Shown here piece by piece: positions 24,283 through 36,572 of a DNA stretch of 64,000 nucleotides. Source of the stretch: Camelus ferus (taxonomy: Eukaryota); contig NC_045696.1 of assembly GCF_009834535.1 (NCBI RefSeq), positions 114,516,001 through 114,580,000 of the forward strand, read 5' to 3'. Each line of letters opens with the position of its first letter. Positions within the stretch are counted from its first letter, which is position 1. The notes under the pieces are model-generated. The model was not told where the DNA came from, searched no databases, and was given only the letters and a program-made list of their open reading frames with translations. A program made the translations under genes and the position numbers.

Positions 24283-25294
24283 CCAATAGGATACTGACAT
24301 CTGGAAGGTGCACTGACAGCCACAGCTGCAGCAGCCTGTGACCCCCAGCCCAGGCTCTGCGCGTTGGGCCTGGGGGTCTGTCTGGAGGAAGCGTGGGGCT
24401 GCAGTCTTGCTTTCCAGCTCAGTGGCAGGTTTCAGTCTGTCCTTGTGTAGCGGTTGATCTGTGAGAGATCGAAAATGCCAAATAGCCTGAGAATGAATGG
24501 CTGCAATTTTCAGTGTTCTTGCGAGCACACACTCTGTTCCTGTAATTGGCAGGAGCCGGGCCAGCTCGATACAACTGACTAATTTTAATGTCTTTTGGTC
24601 TCCGTGTGGGTGGCTGCCTGTGTCTGCGGGAGATGCTGCATTTGTGTTCAGATCCACGTGTTCTCAGGTAATCACGTGTGTTGATCACCTAGGAGGGACC
24701 AAAGAGATCACCCCAAAGAGGACAACTCCATTGTGGTCCACAGATGGGAAAGGTGTTGGATGGTAACTGCTAAAGATGGGGTGAAAAAGAGAAAGAGGAG
24801 ACCAGATGATAGTGAAATATTGTATGTTATTAACCAACGGACGCCTGGTGTTTTATTAAGACATACTGGGCACACGAGATTTCTCTAGAATTTTTGGAAT
24901 AATAGGCTCTTTGTAGGATTTTGGAAGCCTGCAGTTTGCCTAGTCAGAGTCTACAGATTCAGCTGTAAATAATGTCCCTTTAAAATATGGTACAGAAAAT
25001 GGGATTATAATTCCAAGTGGAAGTTCACAGTGTGAAAGAAATTCACTTGTAATTTATTGGACTATTTATTTGACTCTTTTGGCTTACTTTTAAGGATAGG
25101 TTGTCCCTTGTTTTGCTCATTTTCCTAAAGTGATCAGTGTCTGGGAATTCAAAGATAAATTGGTCCTGGGAGATGAAGGCTATACTCAGGGAAAAAAACC
25201 TTGTTTTGCCTCAAGTGCAAATGTGCCCCAACCCACTCACCGGGGAGCTGGTTTCAGTATTTTGTGCTCCAAATGACATCCTCAGCTTTTGGTG

Positions 25295-25791
25295 TGTCGA
25301 CTGAAATAAATGCACAGCCTAAAAATTGAGAGTTACGTTTTATTTGGCGGACATTTCTGAGGACTCAAACCCCTTCGAGCCGGGTGACAGCCCCTCAGAT
25401 CGCTCTGAGGGACTGCTCCAAAGAGGTAGGGGAGGAGCTGGGATATACAGAAGCTTTACAACAAAGACCAGGTAGTTGGAACAATAAAAGATGACTTGTA
25501 ACACTAAACAAAACCAGGCATCTCAAATTAAAGAATTTAGTGCTTTTCTATGTATGGGAGGAAGCAAACACTTGGGCTCATTGAATTCATTCCTTTGACA
25601 AGCACCTAGCCATCTAGGGCCAGTATCTTGTCCTTTCTCATTCTGGGTCCCCTCAGGGTGCACCACTGTGAGTGGCTGCAGAGGCCGAGCTGCAGGCTTG
25701 TCTTCACTGGGGGGTGGCGGCAGCTGCTGATGGCTTGATGGCTTCAGCATTCTTTGTTCACTGATATGGTTTGCAGTATTTTTCGTTCACA
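25295..25791 (-). mobile_element. Solo LTR, ERV1-like family A (copy 4)
   Basis: tgtcgactgaaat...cgttcaca; perfect TSD ggtg (25291-25294 / 25792-25795); close reverse complement of copy 3. Confidence 0.93.
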
Positions 25792-26816
25792 GGTGAGACA
25801 AAGCCTTCTTTTTCTTAGCAGCCCACAGCTGTGACATTTGTTTTTATTTTTCTTTGCCTGCATTTAATTCCTTTTATCCTTACTATTACTTTCGCTAGGT
25901 AGATAAGAAAAATTGAGCCTTTAACAGGTCAAGAGATTTGCCCAAGGTCTCAGATCTGATTAATGACGGAACTAACTCTTGAGCTGTTTTTTTCAGAGCA
26001 GTACATACATTTTTTTAGAAGATAAATCTATAGAGGTTAGTTATATGGCATTTCCAAAAATGATTAGAATCTATACTTTATTGATTTGCATAAACCTGTC
26101 TGTCCAATGAGATTAATTAATTTTTCCTAGATATGTTTGGTGCATATTTATAATTTCAGTTCATAGGAGTTGTAGTGATATGTGTAATGATTGTAGAGTT
26201 CTTTGCATGCATGCTGCTGTGGTTTGTGTTACTGTAGTTGTGCTTTTCCTAAGGTCCAAAAAGTTGTTAGCACTCAATTTGGGCTCCTTATTACCACTGG
26301 CTTTTGTGAAGCACCAGATAATAACCAAAAGATTAAAAAACTTACCTTAAAAATTCAAGCCTTTTACGAAGCATTTTCTAGCACACACACTGCAGCAGCA
26401 ATGATAATGTTCAAATTACTGTGGGTACTTGGTGTGTTTTGCTTTCATTATTTTTCTCTGTGTTTATAATTATAGCCAGCCCCAATATAATTGTTATAAC
26501 AACCTTTAAGAAATTGTTGCAAAGGCACAAAGAATAGAATGGCAGAGATTTGTAACATAATAACATTCATTTCAGCCTCCTTTTCATACAGTTTCTAATA
26601 GTTGCCAGGTTTAATCACAGCTATCCATCCCCAAGGAACTATTTGGTTTGAAACAAGTTTAGACAAGAAAGTTCCTTGACCTGAATGCTTGGCAACCTGG
26701 AGTGGAGAAAAATGAGGATTATAGTTAGAAATAATGGTGTTCATATTTTTAATAGAAGAAAATGCATATCCCGTGAAGCCACAAAGGAGCACATTTGTAA
26801 AGATGGCAATTTTTAC

Positions 26817-26820
<4 letters not shown>

Positions 26821-26862
<42 letters not shown>
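26821..26862. repeat. (GT)n microsatellite
   Basis: About 21 perfect GT units. Confidence 0.97.
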
Positions 26863-26863
<1 letters not shown>

Positions 26864-27572
26864 GGGGGTGCTTTGTTGCTCATTTTCCCCTGAACAGGTG
26901 TGAAGACCATGCCTTGCCAGCGGGAGCCTGGGTGATTCATTAGTTTCTTCTCACTTCATGCGAGGGAGGTTTGTTTCACACTTGAGGTGCTTACATTCTG
27001 ACCTACTTGCACCTGATGGAGGACCAGTGAAGCCATCCTCAAAATAGCAAAAAGGAAGATGCATCGATATATCCCCTGGTGGCTTAGGTGGCCTCCAGCA
27101 TTTCTCCTGGGTTCAGGGGCAAGGTGCATTAAAAAAAGGGTCAGGGGTTTGTATTCAAGCAAAATTCTATTTGAATCTCAGATCTTCCATCTTGAGAAGC
27201 TGTATTCAATTGCGAAGGTTACTTAAATGCTGTGAGTATCAGTTTTACCATCTAGAAAATGCCATTAATAGTACCTGCCTTGCAAGAACCTCATTCTTGT
27301 CCTGAATGGGAAATCATGATGGACACAGTGTATATGGTCCATAGAAAGTGTTTGATACATGGAAGGTGTTCTTATGGATGGTATTGCCTTTGACTTTTCA
27401 TCAAATTCCCATCAGTCTGGACTGTGGCTGTCCCTTTATGTGAGGTGGAACTAACAGGGTCCAACTTGCTTGGGAACATTGCTTCAAGAAGAAAATCAGC
27501 ACGGCCAGGGTAGGTCTACATGAGAAAACAAATCCAGCCTCTTCTTACCATACTGAGAGAACCAAAGATTTT

Positions 27573-27891
27573 TACAAATGGACTTTTTTACAAAACAGAG
27601 ACAGACTCTCTGACATAGAAAACAAACTTATGATTTCCTGGGGGCGGGGTTCGGAGGAAGTAAGTGGGGAGGGATAAATTGGGATTTCAAGATTTGCAGA
27701 TACTAATTACTATAAACAAAATAAACAACAAGGTCCTACTGTATAGCACAGGGAATTATATTCAATACCTTGTAATGGCCTAAAACGAAAAAGAATATGA
27801 AAAGGAATATATATACATGTATAAATGAATCACAGGCTGTACACCAGAAATTAATACAACATTGTAAATCGACTATCCTTCAATTTTAAAA
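27573..27891 (+). mobile_element. L1 3'-end fragment
   Basis: 'acagactctctgacatagaaaacaaactta...gggagggataaattggg...aaggtcctactgtatagcacaggg...ttgtaaatcgactat'. Confidence 0.88.
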
Positions 27892-28620
27892 GTGGAGGTA
27901 TAACTTACAGAGAAGAAATTGCGCAGCTCTGAAGCATACAGCTGAGTGGATATTTACATAGGTATGTGCCTGTGGAATAACCGCCCAGGTCAAGATACAG
28001 AACGTTTTTAAGAGCCTGAAAAGATCCCTCATGCCTCTTGCCACTGTCCTCCATGCTACCCAGGGGTGATCACTGTTCAGACTTTTATAACCATGAATCA
28101 GTTGTGTCTGCTCTTGAATGTCAAATAAGAAGAATCATACACTGTGTCGTTTGGGTCTGACTTCTTTTTCTACACACAATATTTTTGGGTTCATCCAGGT
28201 ATTAGTATTTCATTTCTTTCTCCTCCAATTAGATATTTGAGCTGTTTACAGCTCTTGGATATTGTGAGAAAAAAATCCACTATCATCTTCTTTTACAAAT
28301 ACTTTTGTGGACATATCCTCTCATTTCTCCTGAATATATACCTAGGATCAGAATTGCTGAGTCATCAGGGAAGCAAATGTTTAAACTGATAGAAACTGCC
28401 AAACCTGTTTTCCACAGTGATGGTTCCAACTTCTGCTCCCACCAGCAGCGTATGAGAGTTCCAGTGACCTACAACCTCCCTAAGACTTGCATTGCCAATC
28501 TGTTTAATTTCAGCCATTTTAAAAAAATTTTGTGGTGGCATCGTAGTGTGCATTCAATTTGCATCTCCCTGGGCATCCATGAAGTTGAGTATCTTGGTCA
28601 TTCAGACATCTTCTGTAGAC
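27892..28620 (-). mobile_element. Old L1M 3' region
   Basis: 'gaggtataacttaca...caggtcaagatacagaac...atatatacctagga..agaattgctgagtca...cccaccagcagcgtatgagagttccagt' is antisense L1MD/ME-type text. Confidence 0.75.
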
Positions 28621-29347
28621 TGCCTATCCATGGAACCAAAGACTCATGGACCAATTGCACTTTTTTGGGGGGTGGGGGGTTCTTATGTATCATGGATAGT
28701 TAAGAGCTTTCCTTGGATGTACTTAATTTTAAACAATTAAATCAATATACTTGTATTTCCTGGATCAAGGCTAGTTGGCTGTAAAGAACTATTGCTGCCT
28801 TTAAAACAATACGCGGGAGTCTGCTTCAGTTTAGTTCCCAGAAGATCCTGTAATAAGATGAGCCTCCTGCTCCCAGCCCTGTGGAACACAGACATCACCG
28901 GGGAGTGCTCTGCTGCTAGCCTGTGTTCTGTGCCTGGGGCTGGATGGCTGCTGGCATGTGGCAGATATGATTAGGCATTTTAGCAGAAGGCAGCTAGAAG
29001 AGAGCTGTCTGGCCGACTCCCTTGTGTCTTTTGCTCCACTGAGGTGCTCAGAGCCCCTTGGGGTAACGTCTGGCGAAAGGGGTGATTAAAGCAGAAAGTG
29101 TCTGGATGGCTATTTACTTGGTGGCTGTTATTGAAACTGTACTTCAGGAAACAGCAAGTCACAGGCGGTAACGAACACAAGGCTTATAGAATTGTCTGAT
29201 TTTAAATTTAGAAGGGGTCTGAGAGATGACCCCTGCCTACACATCTCACTTTATGAATGAGGAAATGGAGGCTTAGTGAGATTCTGGACCTTCTGAAGTT
29301 TGTGATGCTGGTTAATGTTGGAGCTAGATCTTAAATATTATTTAAAG

Positions 29348-29453
29348 TTTTTTTGTTTGATTGTTTGTTTTTTTTTAATGGAGGTACTGGGGATTGAACC
29401 CAGGATCTCATGCATGCCAAGTACACACTCTACCACTAAGCTATACCCTCCCC
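29348..29453 (-). mobile_element. tRNA-derived SINE (vic-1-like), short form
   Basis: Same SINE head as 16364 with a T-rich tail; degenerate TSD ttaaatattattta / ttgaatattgttta. Confidence 0.88.
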
Positions 29454-30009
29454 TTTGAATATTGTTTATAAGCATTAGATTAACTGGTAAGTACAATGAA
29501 ATTCAGTGCAGGGAGATGGGAACACATACTTGGCCTTATTTAAAAGGTCCTGATAACTCCAGGCACTGCTATTTATTACACAAGTTAAAACAGGATTCTC
29601 CTTCTGCCCCTGAGCTCCTTCAGGTGGGAATTTGATTTGACGTATAAAATTGTTTCGTCTCTTTAGAGATATTCCAGCATTATTCTTCCTGAAAGGCATG
29701 GTGACTAAACCGGCTCTAATCACTCCACCTCCGTTTATTTCTGCCTTCTTCCTTATTAACTATTTATCCATGGAAGAAATGAAAGTCAATTCAGGAATAA
29801 ATATAAAGTCACAGCTAAAAGGCAGAGTGATCATTTGCAAACATCCTACGTAAAGCACACCTGTAGATGTCTGTCCCTGCGATGGTTGGATGGATAAGAC
29901 CGCGTGCGATTCTGAGCAGTTGTAGTGGTGGTTGCTGGTCATTGCTGTAACTCTGCCCTTTCCCTGCCAGTTGAGAAAGCACGTTTAAGATGAGGGAGTG
30001 TGAGAGCGA

Positions 30010-30240
30010 TGTTACTCCCAGATTAATCTTGAATCAGTGCTAATTCATACAAACATCAATCTTTGCAAATTTTATACTTTGACTACAAGGGCTGATTGGC
30101 TCCATCGCACCTGGAAGGCAAACATGATGGCAGAGGCCTCCCGTAAACGTCCGCGTGTCCCCGCCCGGGGGAACTGTCTCCATGCCCATCCTGGGTGACA
30201 GCTCCCCCCCCCGACCCCCCGCCAGCCCCACTCCAGTGTC
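30010..30240. promoter_or_regulatory. Candidate promoter/enhancer: NF-Y CCAAT box, GC box and CpG cluster
   Basis: gctgattggct (30091-30101; rc AGCCAATCAGC), ccccgccc (30159-30166) and several retained CpGs in apparently non-repeat sequence. Confidence 0.4.
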
Positions 30241-33126
30241 TCTTCCTCACTCCAGGGCTTTTCTTTCCTTCTCCTGCCCAAGCTCTTTCCTTCCTTTTCG
30301 CGTTTTGAGAAATAAAAGCAGTTTTCACTCTGTCCCTCTGCCTCCGTTGTGAATTCTTTCCAGCCAGCAGGCAAGGTGGGCCTCGCAATTTTGGGGTCTC
30401 AGTCATACAGCTGCTGTGCCTTACAGAAAGGGCTTCTCCGTAGGTTAAGTTGCAAATCATTGATCCAAAATGACCGCTCAGCTATCTCAGCACATCAGCC
30501 ATCTGTCAATGGATCCAGCTTTGAGCGTTATGGTGATGATTGTTGAAAGACAGCAGAGGGACCCATCATTACTGCTCATTCTCCTCTTGTTCTCTGGCAG
30601 ACAGTCCCATAAATGGGTTAGTGCTACTGTGAGTAAATGATAGATGTTCCATGAGGTTCAACTCTCAGTGTTTTTCTATTTATGTCACATTTTTATTCAT
30701 CTACAATATGAATTTATTGTGAAGCCCGGAGCTCTCATAAGTCCAAATGCTCTCCTTTTTGCGTTTTATTTACTTTAAAACCCTTGTAGTAAATCAAAAT
30801 ATTTTAAAAACTTATTTGTACATTTCTTCAGCAATACACAAATACTCTTTGGGAAGAATGAAAGAAAAATGTGATTATTTGAACATTTACAAACATTGAC
30901 TATGGGTTGGCCAGAGAGCAAGTCACAACAAATTTTTTAAAAAATTATAGCATACAGACTATATTCTCTGACAATTATGAAAATGAGCTAAAAATCAAAG
31001 CCAAAATGACACTGGAAATTTTCCAAATAGTGAATAATGAATTTCTAAAAAACCCATAGGTCAAAGAGGAAGACAGACATGGAAATTAGAAAACATTTAG
31101 AAATAAATTATAATAATATGTGACATAAGAACTTGTGAGATACAAATAAACCATAAATGTATATATTAGAAAAGACATACTGAACACCAGTGTTCTAAGA
31201 TCCAGCTCAAGAAATAAGCAAAAGTACAGCCATTTAAACCCAAAAAAAGAAAGAATAAAGGGATGCCCAGAAGTTAATGAAACAGAAAACACAATAAAAT
31301 CTAAGAAACCCAAATTCACTTTTTTCAAAAACTAGTAAATTTGGTAAGACTTGTCAAAACTAATGAAGAAAGAAGGCACAAATAAATGATATTAGAAATA
31401 CATTGATATACCTTTGGAAATAAGTGACACGATATATAAACACATCTAAAAACAGAAGTCAGTAACACAAGAAGAATCTGAAAGTCTGAATTGTCCCACA
31501 GCAATTCAAAAATTTTATTAAAAACCTTTACACACACACACACACACACACAAACTAAATAAACTAATTCCAGGACTAGATGGCTTCACTAGTGAATTTA
31601 AGGAAGAAATATCAAAACTCTTCCAGAGAGTAGAAGATAAGAAGTCACTTCCTCACCCATTTTTTTTGAGGCTAGCCAAAGACTGTTGAGGAAATTTCAC
31701 GAAAGGAACATTACAGCCAATTGTTCTCATATACATAGATGCAAAATTTCTAAACAAAAATATTAGCAATACAAATGTCATGTTACATAAAAAGGCAACT
31801 ATATCATGAAGAATTTGGTTTATACTAAGAGTATGACAGTGGTTTATTTGAAAATCAGTCAATGTAATTCACCACATGTACAGAAAAAGAAGACAAGCTC
31901 TATGACATTTCAATAAATGTAGAAAAAGCTCTTGATAAGATTCAGTGCCCACTGATTGCTAAAAATCCTCAGACAAGAATGATACATTCTAAATCTAATA
32001 AATGATATGGCTAAGCTTTTAGAGTAGCTATCATACCTAAGAGCAAAATTTTAAAGCTTTCTCCCCTGATACTAGGAGTAAGACGGAAATACTTGATATA
32101 ATTTTTATTGAATGTTTTTCTGGGTTCCTGTTTAGCATACTCTGCTACCAAACATTTAAAAATTGCAAGAATTAGAATGGGAAATGATATTGTTTGTATT
32201 GTAGAAAATATAATCGTGTCTAGAGAATCCAAAAGAATCTACAGACAAAATGTTATAATTATTAAGCGAATTTAGGAAGGCATCTGGATACAATATAAAC
32301 ATTTAAAAACTCAATAATATTTCTACATAGTGGCAACAAGGAACTGGAAGATTAAATTTTTAAAATATAATATTAAAACATCAAATACCGAAAAAATGAA
32401 TCTAATAAAGCACGTTAAGAAGTCTACACAAACTATAAGAATATAATTGAGAAAAAAAATCAACAAGTTAAGCAAATTGAGGAATATACCTTATTCATGA
32501 TTTGGAAGACTCAACATATATTGTGAAGACACCCATTCTTCTACGAAAGTATCTGAAGATAAAATGCCATCTCAATCAAAATTTCAGGATTTTTTTGGAA
32601 TGTAAAAATTTGATTCTAGCATTTGTTGGGAAATTCAAAGGGCTGAAATACCCAAGATAACCTTAAAGGAAAAGAACAAAGTGTTTTTATTTCCTCTACA
32701 GGCCATCAAGTCTTTTCACAACACTATAGTAATTAAGACTATCTTATTCGCACAGATATAGATAAAAAGAACAATGGAAGGGATTAGAAGATCCAGAAGC
32801 AGACTTTCACAATGATGGGCAATTTATTTACAGAAAAGTGGCACTTTGGAACAGAAGGAAAAGAACTGTTTCCACAATAGGGTCAATGTCACAGCCACAA
32901 AAATATGGATACAGACTTATAACATCACTCACAGGTATCTGTGTCAAGTGTGCTATGAACTTAAATGAGAAAGACTGCACAAAGATGCTTTTGAGAAGAG
33001 GAAAAAAAAAAAAACCTTGCGGTAGGAAAAGTTTTCTCAAACCTGACATCAAAACTACTAGTAATGAAAGGCAAAACAGGTAAGCTGAACTACATTTAAA
33101 TATTACAATTAAAATTAAGACTCTAC

Positions 33127-33681
33127 ACTGCAATGTTCCTAGCAGCACTATTTGTAATAACCAAGACATGGAAACAACCCAGGTGTCCACCAACAGGTGA
33201 CTGGCTTAAAATGTGATCTGTGTATGTGGTGGAATGTCACTCAGCCACAAAAAGAATGAAGCATTGCCATTTGCAACAACAAGAATGGACCCGGGGATTA
33301 TTCTACTTAGTGGAGTAAGTCAGACAGATAAAGGCAAATACTATATGGCATCACTTATCTAAATCTAAGTGTGGAATCTAAAAATAATACAAATGAATCT
33401 ACAAACAAAACAGAAACAGACCTGCAGACAGAAAACAAACTGAAGGGGAGAGGCAGAGAGGGAGGGACAAATTAGAAATATGGGATTCACAGACACAAAC
33501 CTCTATACATAAAACAGAGAAGCAACAAAGATTTGCTGTATAACACAGGGAACTATATTCAATATTCTGTAATAACCTATAATGGAATATAATCTGAAAA
33601 ATATGTATAACTAAATCTCTTTGCTGTACACTTGAAACTAACACAATATTGTAAATTGACTGTATTTCAATTAAAAAATAA
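33127..33681 (+). mobile_element. L1 3'-end insertion nested in the old L1
   Basis: 'caatgttcctagcagcactatttgtaataaccaagacatggaaacaacc...tgtaaattgactgtatttcaattaaaaaataa'. Confidence 0.85.
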
Positions 33682-33802
33682 GGGAGTACCTGGGGGCATT
33701 CCTTGTGCCCCACAAACCACCCCCATGTCAAGAGATCCTCCCCCATCAGGACCCACATCAACCCCAAGGCAGGCTTTCTGCAGGGCTGCCTGCCTGCTCT
33801 GT

Positions 33803-33974
33803 TTGTTTTTTTTTAAATTGTATTTCTCTATAATTGTATCATTTAATTATTTTATTTTGGCAGGAGGGGTAATTAGGTTCGTTTTTTTTTTTTTTTTTTT
33901 TAGAGAAGGTACTGGGGATTGAACCCAGGACCTTGTGCATGCTAACTATACACTCTACCACTTGAACTATAACC
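33803..33974 (-). mobile_element. tRNA-derived SINE (vic-1-like), long-tail form
   Basis: 'ggtactggggattgaacccaggaccttgtgcatgctaa...ctctaccac' plus the 'ggggtaattagg' extension. Confidence 0.85.
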
Positions 33975-34490
33975 TTGTGGTATATTTATACAATGGGATA
34001 TTACTCAGCCATAAAAATAATAAAATAATGCCATTTGCAGTGACATGGATGGACCTGGAGATTGTCATTCTAAGTGAAGTAAGCCAGAAAGAGAAAGAAA
34101 AATACCATGTGATATCACCTATATGTGGAATCTAAAAAAAAAAAAAAAAAAAAAAAGACAAATGAACTTATTTACAAAACAGAAACAGACTCACAGGCAT
34201 AGAAAACAAACTTATGGTTACCGGTAGGGGGATGGGGGTGGGAAAGGATAAACTGGGATTTCGAGATTTGCAGATGCTAACTAATATATATGTAATAGAT
34301 AAACAAGAAGTTTCTACTGTCTAGCACAGGGAACTACATTCAATATCTTGTAATAACTTATGGTGAAGAAGAATACGAAAAAGAATATTTGTATGTTCAT
34401 GTATGCCTGAAGCATTATGCTGTACACCAGAAATTAACAGAATATTGTAAACTGACTACACTCCAATAAAAATATATACATACAAAAAAA
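33975..34490 (+). mobile_element. Younger L1 3' end
   Basis: 'ataatgccatttgcagtgacatggatggacctggagattgtcattctaagtgaagtaagccagaaagagaaagaaaaataccat' through to the AATAAA and A-tail. Confidence 0.9.
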
Positions 34491-34832
34491 CTAATATGTA
34501 ATTTGTCCTTGAAAATAAAAAGAAATGTCTCTAGTGTCTTTAAGAGGATACAAACGCAAGCAATAGAGAGAATATATCCTAGATACATAAAACTCACAGT
34601 GTACTTGTATCCAGAACATGTAAATAATAGGCGAGAGAGATGAAGAAACACTTCACAAGGGTATATCCAAACAACCAACAAATATAATATGTTCAATTAA
34701 AGCCAAACAAAATACTGAAACACTTGCCAGAACAATTTTAAAAATTCACAGTACTACATATTAACAAGACATATTGACATATAACTGGAATTCTCATACA
34801 TTACTTGGCATAAAAACTGGTATTACTATTCT

Positions 34833-35364
34833 GGATGCATGCGTCTTTTCAAATTAGAGTTTTCTCCAGATGTATGCCCTGGAGTGGGATACACAAGGAA
34901 GTACTACTCAGCCATAAAATAGAATGAAATCATGCCATTTGCAGCAACATGGATGGACCTAGAGATGATCATACTAAGTGAAGTAAGTCAGACAGAGAAA
35001 GACAAATATCAAAGGATATCATTTATATGTGGGATCTGAAAAATTATACAAATTTTATTTACAAATCAAAAAGAGACTCAGAGGCATAGAAAGCAAACTA
35101 TGATTGCCAAAGGGAAAGGTCAGGGAAGGAATAAATTAAAAGTCTAGGATTAATAGATACATGCTACTATATATAAAACAGATAAACAACAAGGACCTAC
35201 TGTATAGCACAGGGAACTATGTTCAATTCCTTGAAATAACATATAATGAAAAAGAATCTGAAAATGTGTACATATGTATATGTATAACTGAATCACTTTG
35301 CTGTACACCTGAAACTAACATTGTAAATCAACTACACTACAATAAAAAATAAAATTAAAAAAAA
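34833..35364 (+). mobile_element. L1 3' end with 5' inversion (34833-34890 inverted)
   Basis: 34833-34890 is antisense ORF2-end text ('...tatgccctggagtgggat') fused directly to sense 3' sequence 'tactactcagccataaaa...' ending in an A-tail. Confidence 0.85.
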
Positions 35365-36572
35365 GCACAATGAATAAAATTGTTATATTTACAACATGGA
35401 ATCCTCTACGAAAATGAAAATGAATTGCGCTGTTCCTACAGGCAACAGCTTGTATGAATTTTACTCACACAATTTTTAGCAAAATAATCCAGGAACAAAA
35501 AAGATTCCATTTCATACAAAATTTAAAAACACTCAAAATCCTATGGTATCAGAAGGATAGTGGTTGTCATGGCGAAGGGTTATGTAGTGGTGAGTGCGCG
35601 AGGATGTACCCAGCGAGTGCTTCTGGAATGGGCAGAACTTAAATTCCTGAGCTCGGTGGGGGTTACATGGATAGTTCATTGTATGGGATGTCATTTAGCT
35701 GTATGTTTTTGATGAACAGACTTTTTGCATCCTATACTTCAATAAAAGATTATTTTTAAAACCTGGTTAATTGACATTAACATTCGTCAAATATGTGTAC
35801 CTGGTAGATAGGGAGCTTTGTGCTTTGTTACCCTCTGACCTTTCCTCTATCTCTAGAATAATTCCTAATTTAAAAAACCCCCCCAAAATTAAAACAAACC
35901 ATCAATAAGCAATCATTCTCTTGAAAGGACTGAGTCTTAAAGTGGAGATGTATTTCTAGAATGTGCCAGTGATGAATGGATGTATTAAATCAAGGAGTTA
36001 CTTTAATAATTTAATCTAATCCTCCATTTTCCTGCCCTGCTCACTGCTTCTATCACCTGTTAAAAAGAGCCGTCACATTAATTTTTGAGTATGTATTTAT
36101 CTATATAGGTCCCCATATCAATATCCATACCTTTTCCTCCCATAAAATGATGTTCTTTGTAGGGTATTTATGCTCAGACTTTCTGGGAAATATATTAGTC
36201 TCAGAGCCAAGAAAGAGTCAGAGCTTCTTAACTGTGCCGTCTCTCCCAGAAAGCCATCTGTTAACGAGCTAAGAATTAAATGGGTGAAGGCAAGCCACAG
36301 GAAAATAACATTTGATGTTTTTTCTTCAGGTCATAAAGGGCTTATAATTCATTATATAAAAAGATCATGCATATTTACAGATGGTCTGCCAATCTTTTCT
36401 GATATACTGATTCTTTAAAGAAATATAAACACCCAATTATAAAATACCGGGTTATACGTAAATAGTTTTATAATCTGCTTTTTTTAACTTAACATAGCAA
36501 AGACTTTTTCATAAAATTAATTTCTATATGATGATAATCCTTAATGTAAGCTTTTAGGATCTTAAGTCGAAA

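Larger units (their letters stand above)
30820..35755 (+). mobile_element. Old, heavily decayed L1 (ORF2 to 3'UTR) hosting nested younger insertions
   Basis: L1 ORF2 landmarks: 'ccaggactagatggcttcactagtgaattt', 'atagatgcaaaatt', 'aatgtaattcacca', 'ttcatgatttggaagactcaa'; 3' end 'tatacttcaataaaa' at ~35746. Confidence 0.85.

Noticed and set aside
24217..24657. 146-aa minus-strand ORF in the LTR spacer
   Set aside because: Non-ATG start, ends inside an LTR, no recognisable domain; compatible with chance in GC-richer DNA.
23809..25791. Inverted LTRs as the TIRs of one composite or DNA transposon
   Set aside because: Each LTR has its own TSD and the outer flanks (ctaa vs ggtg) do not match, so these were independent retroviral integrations.
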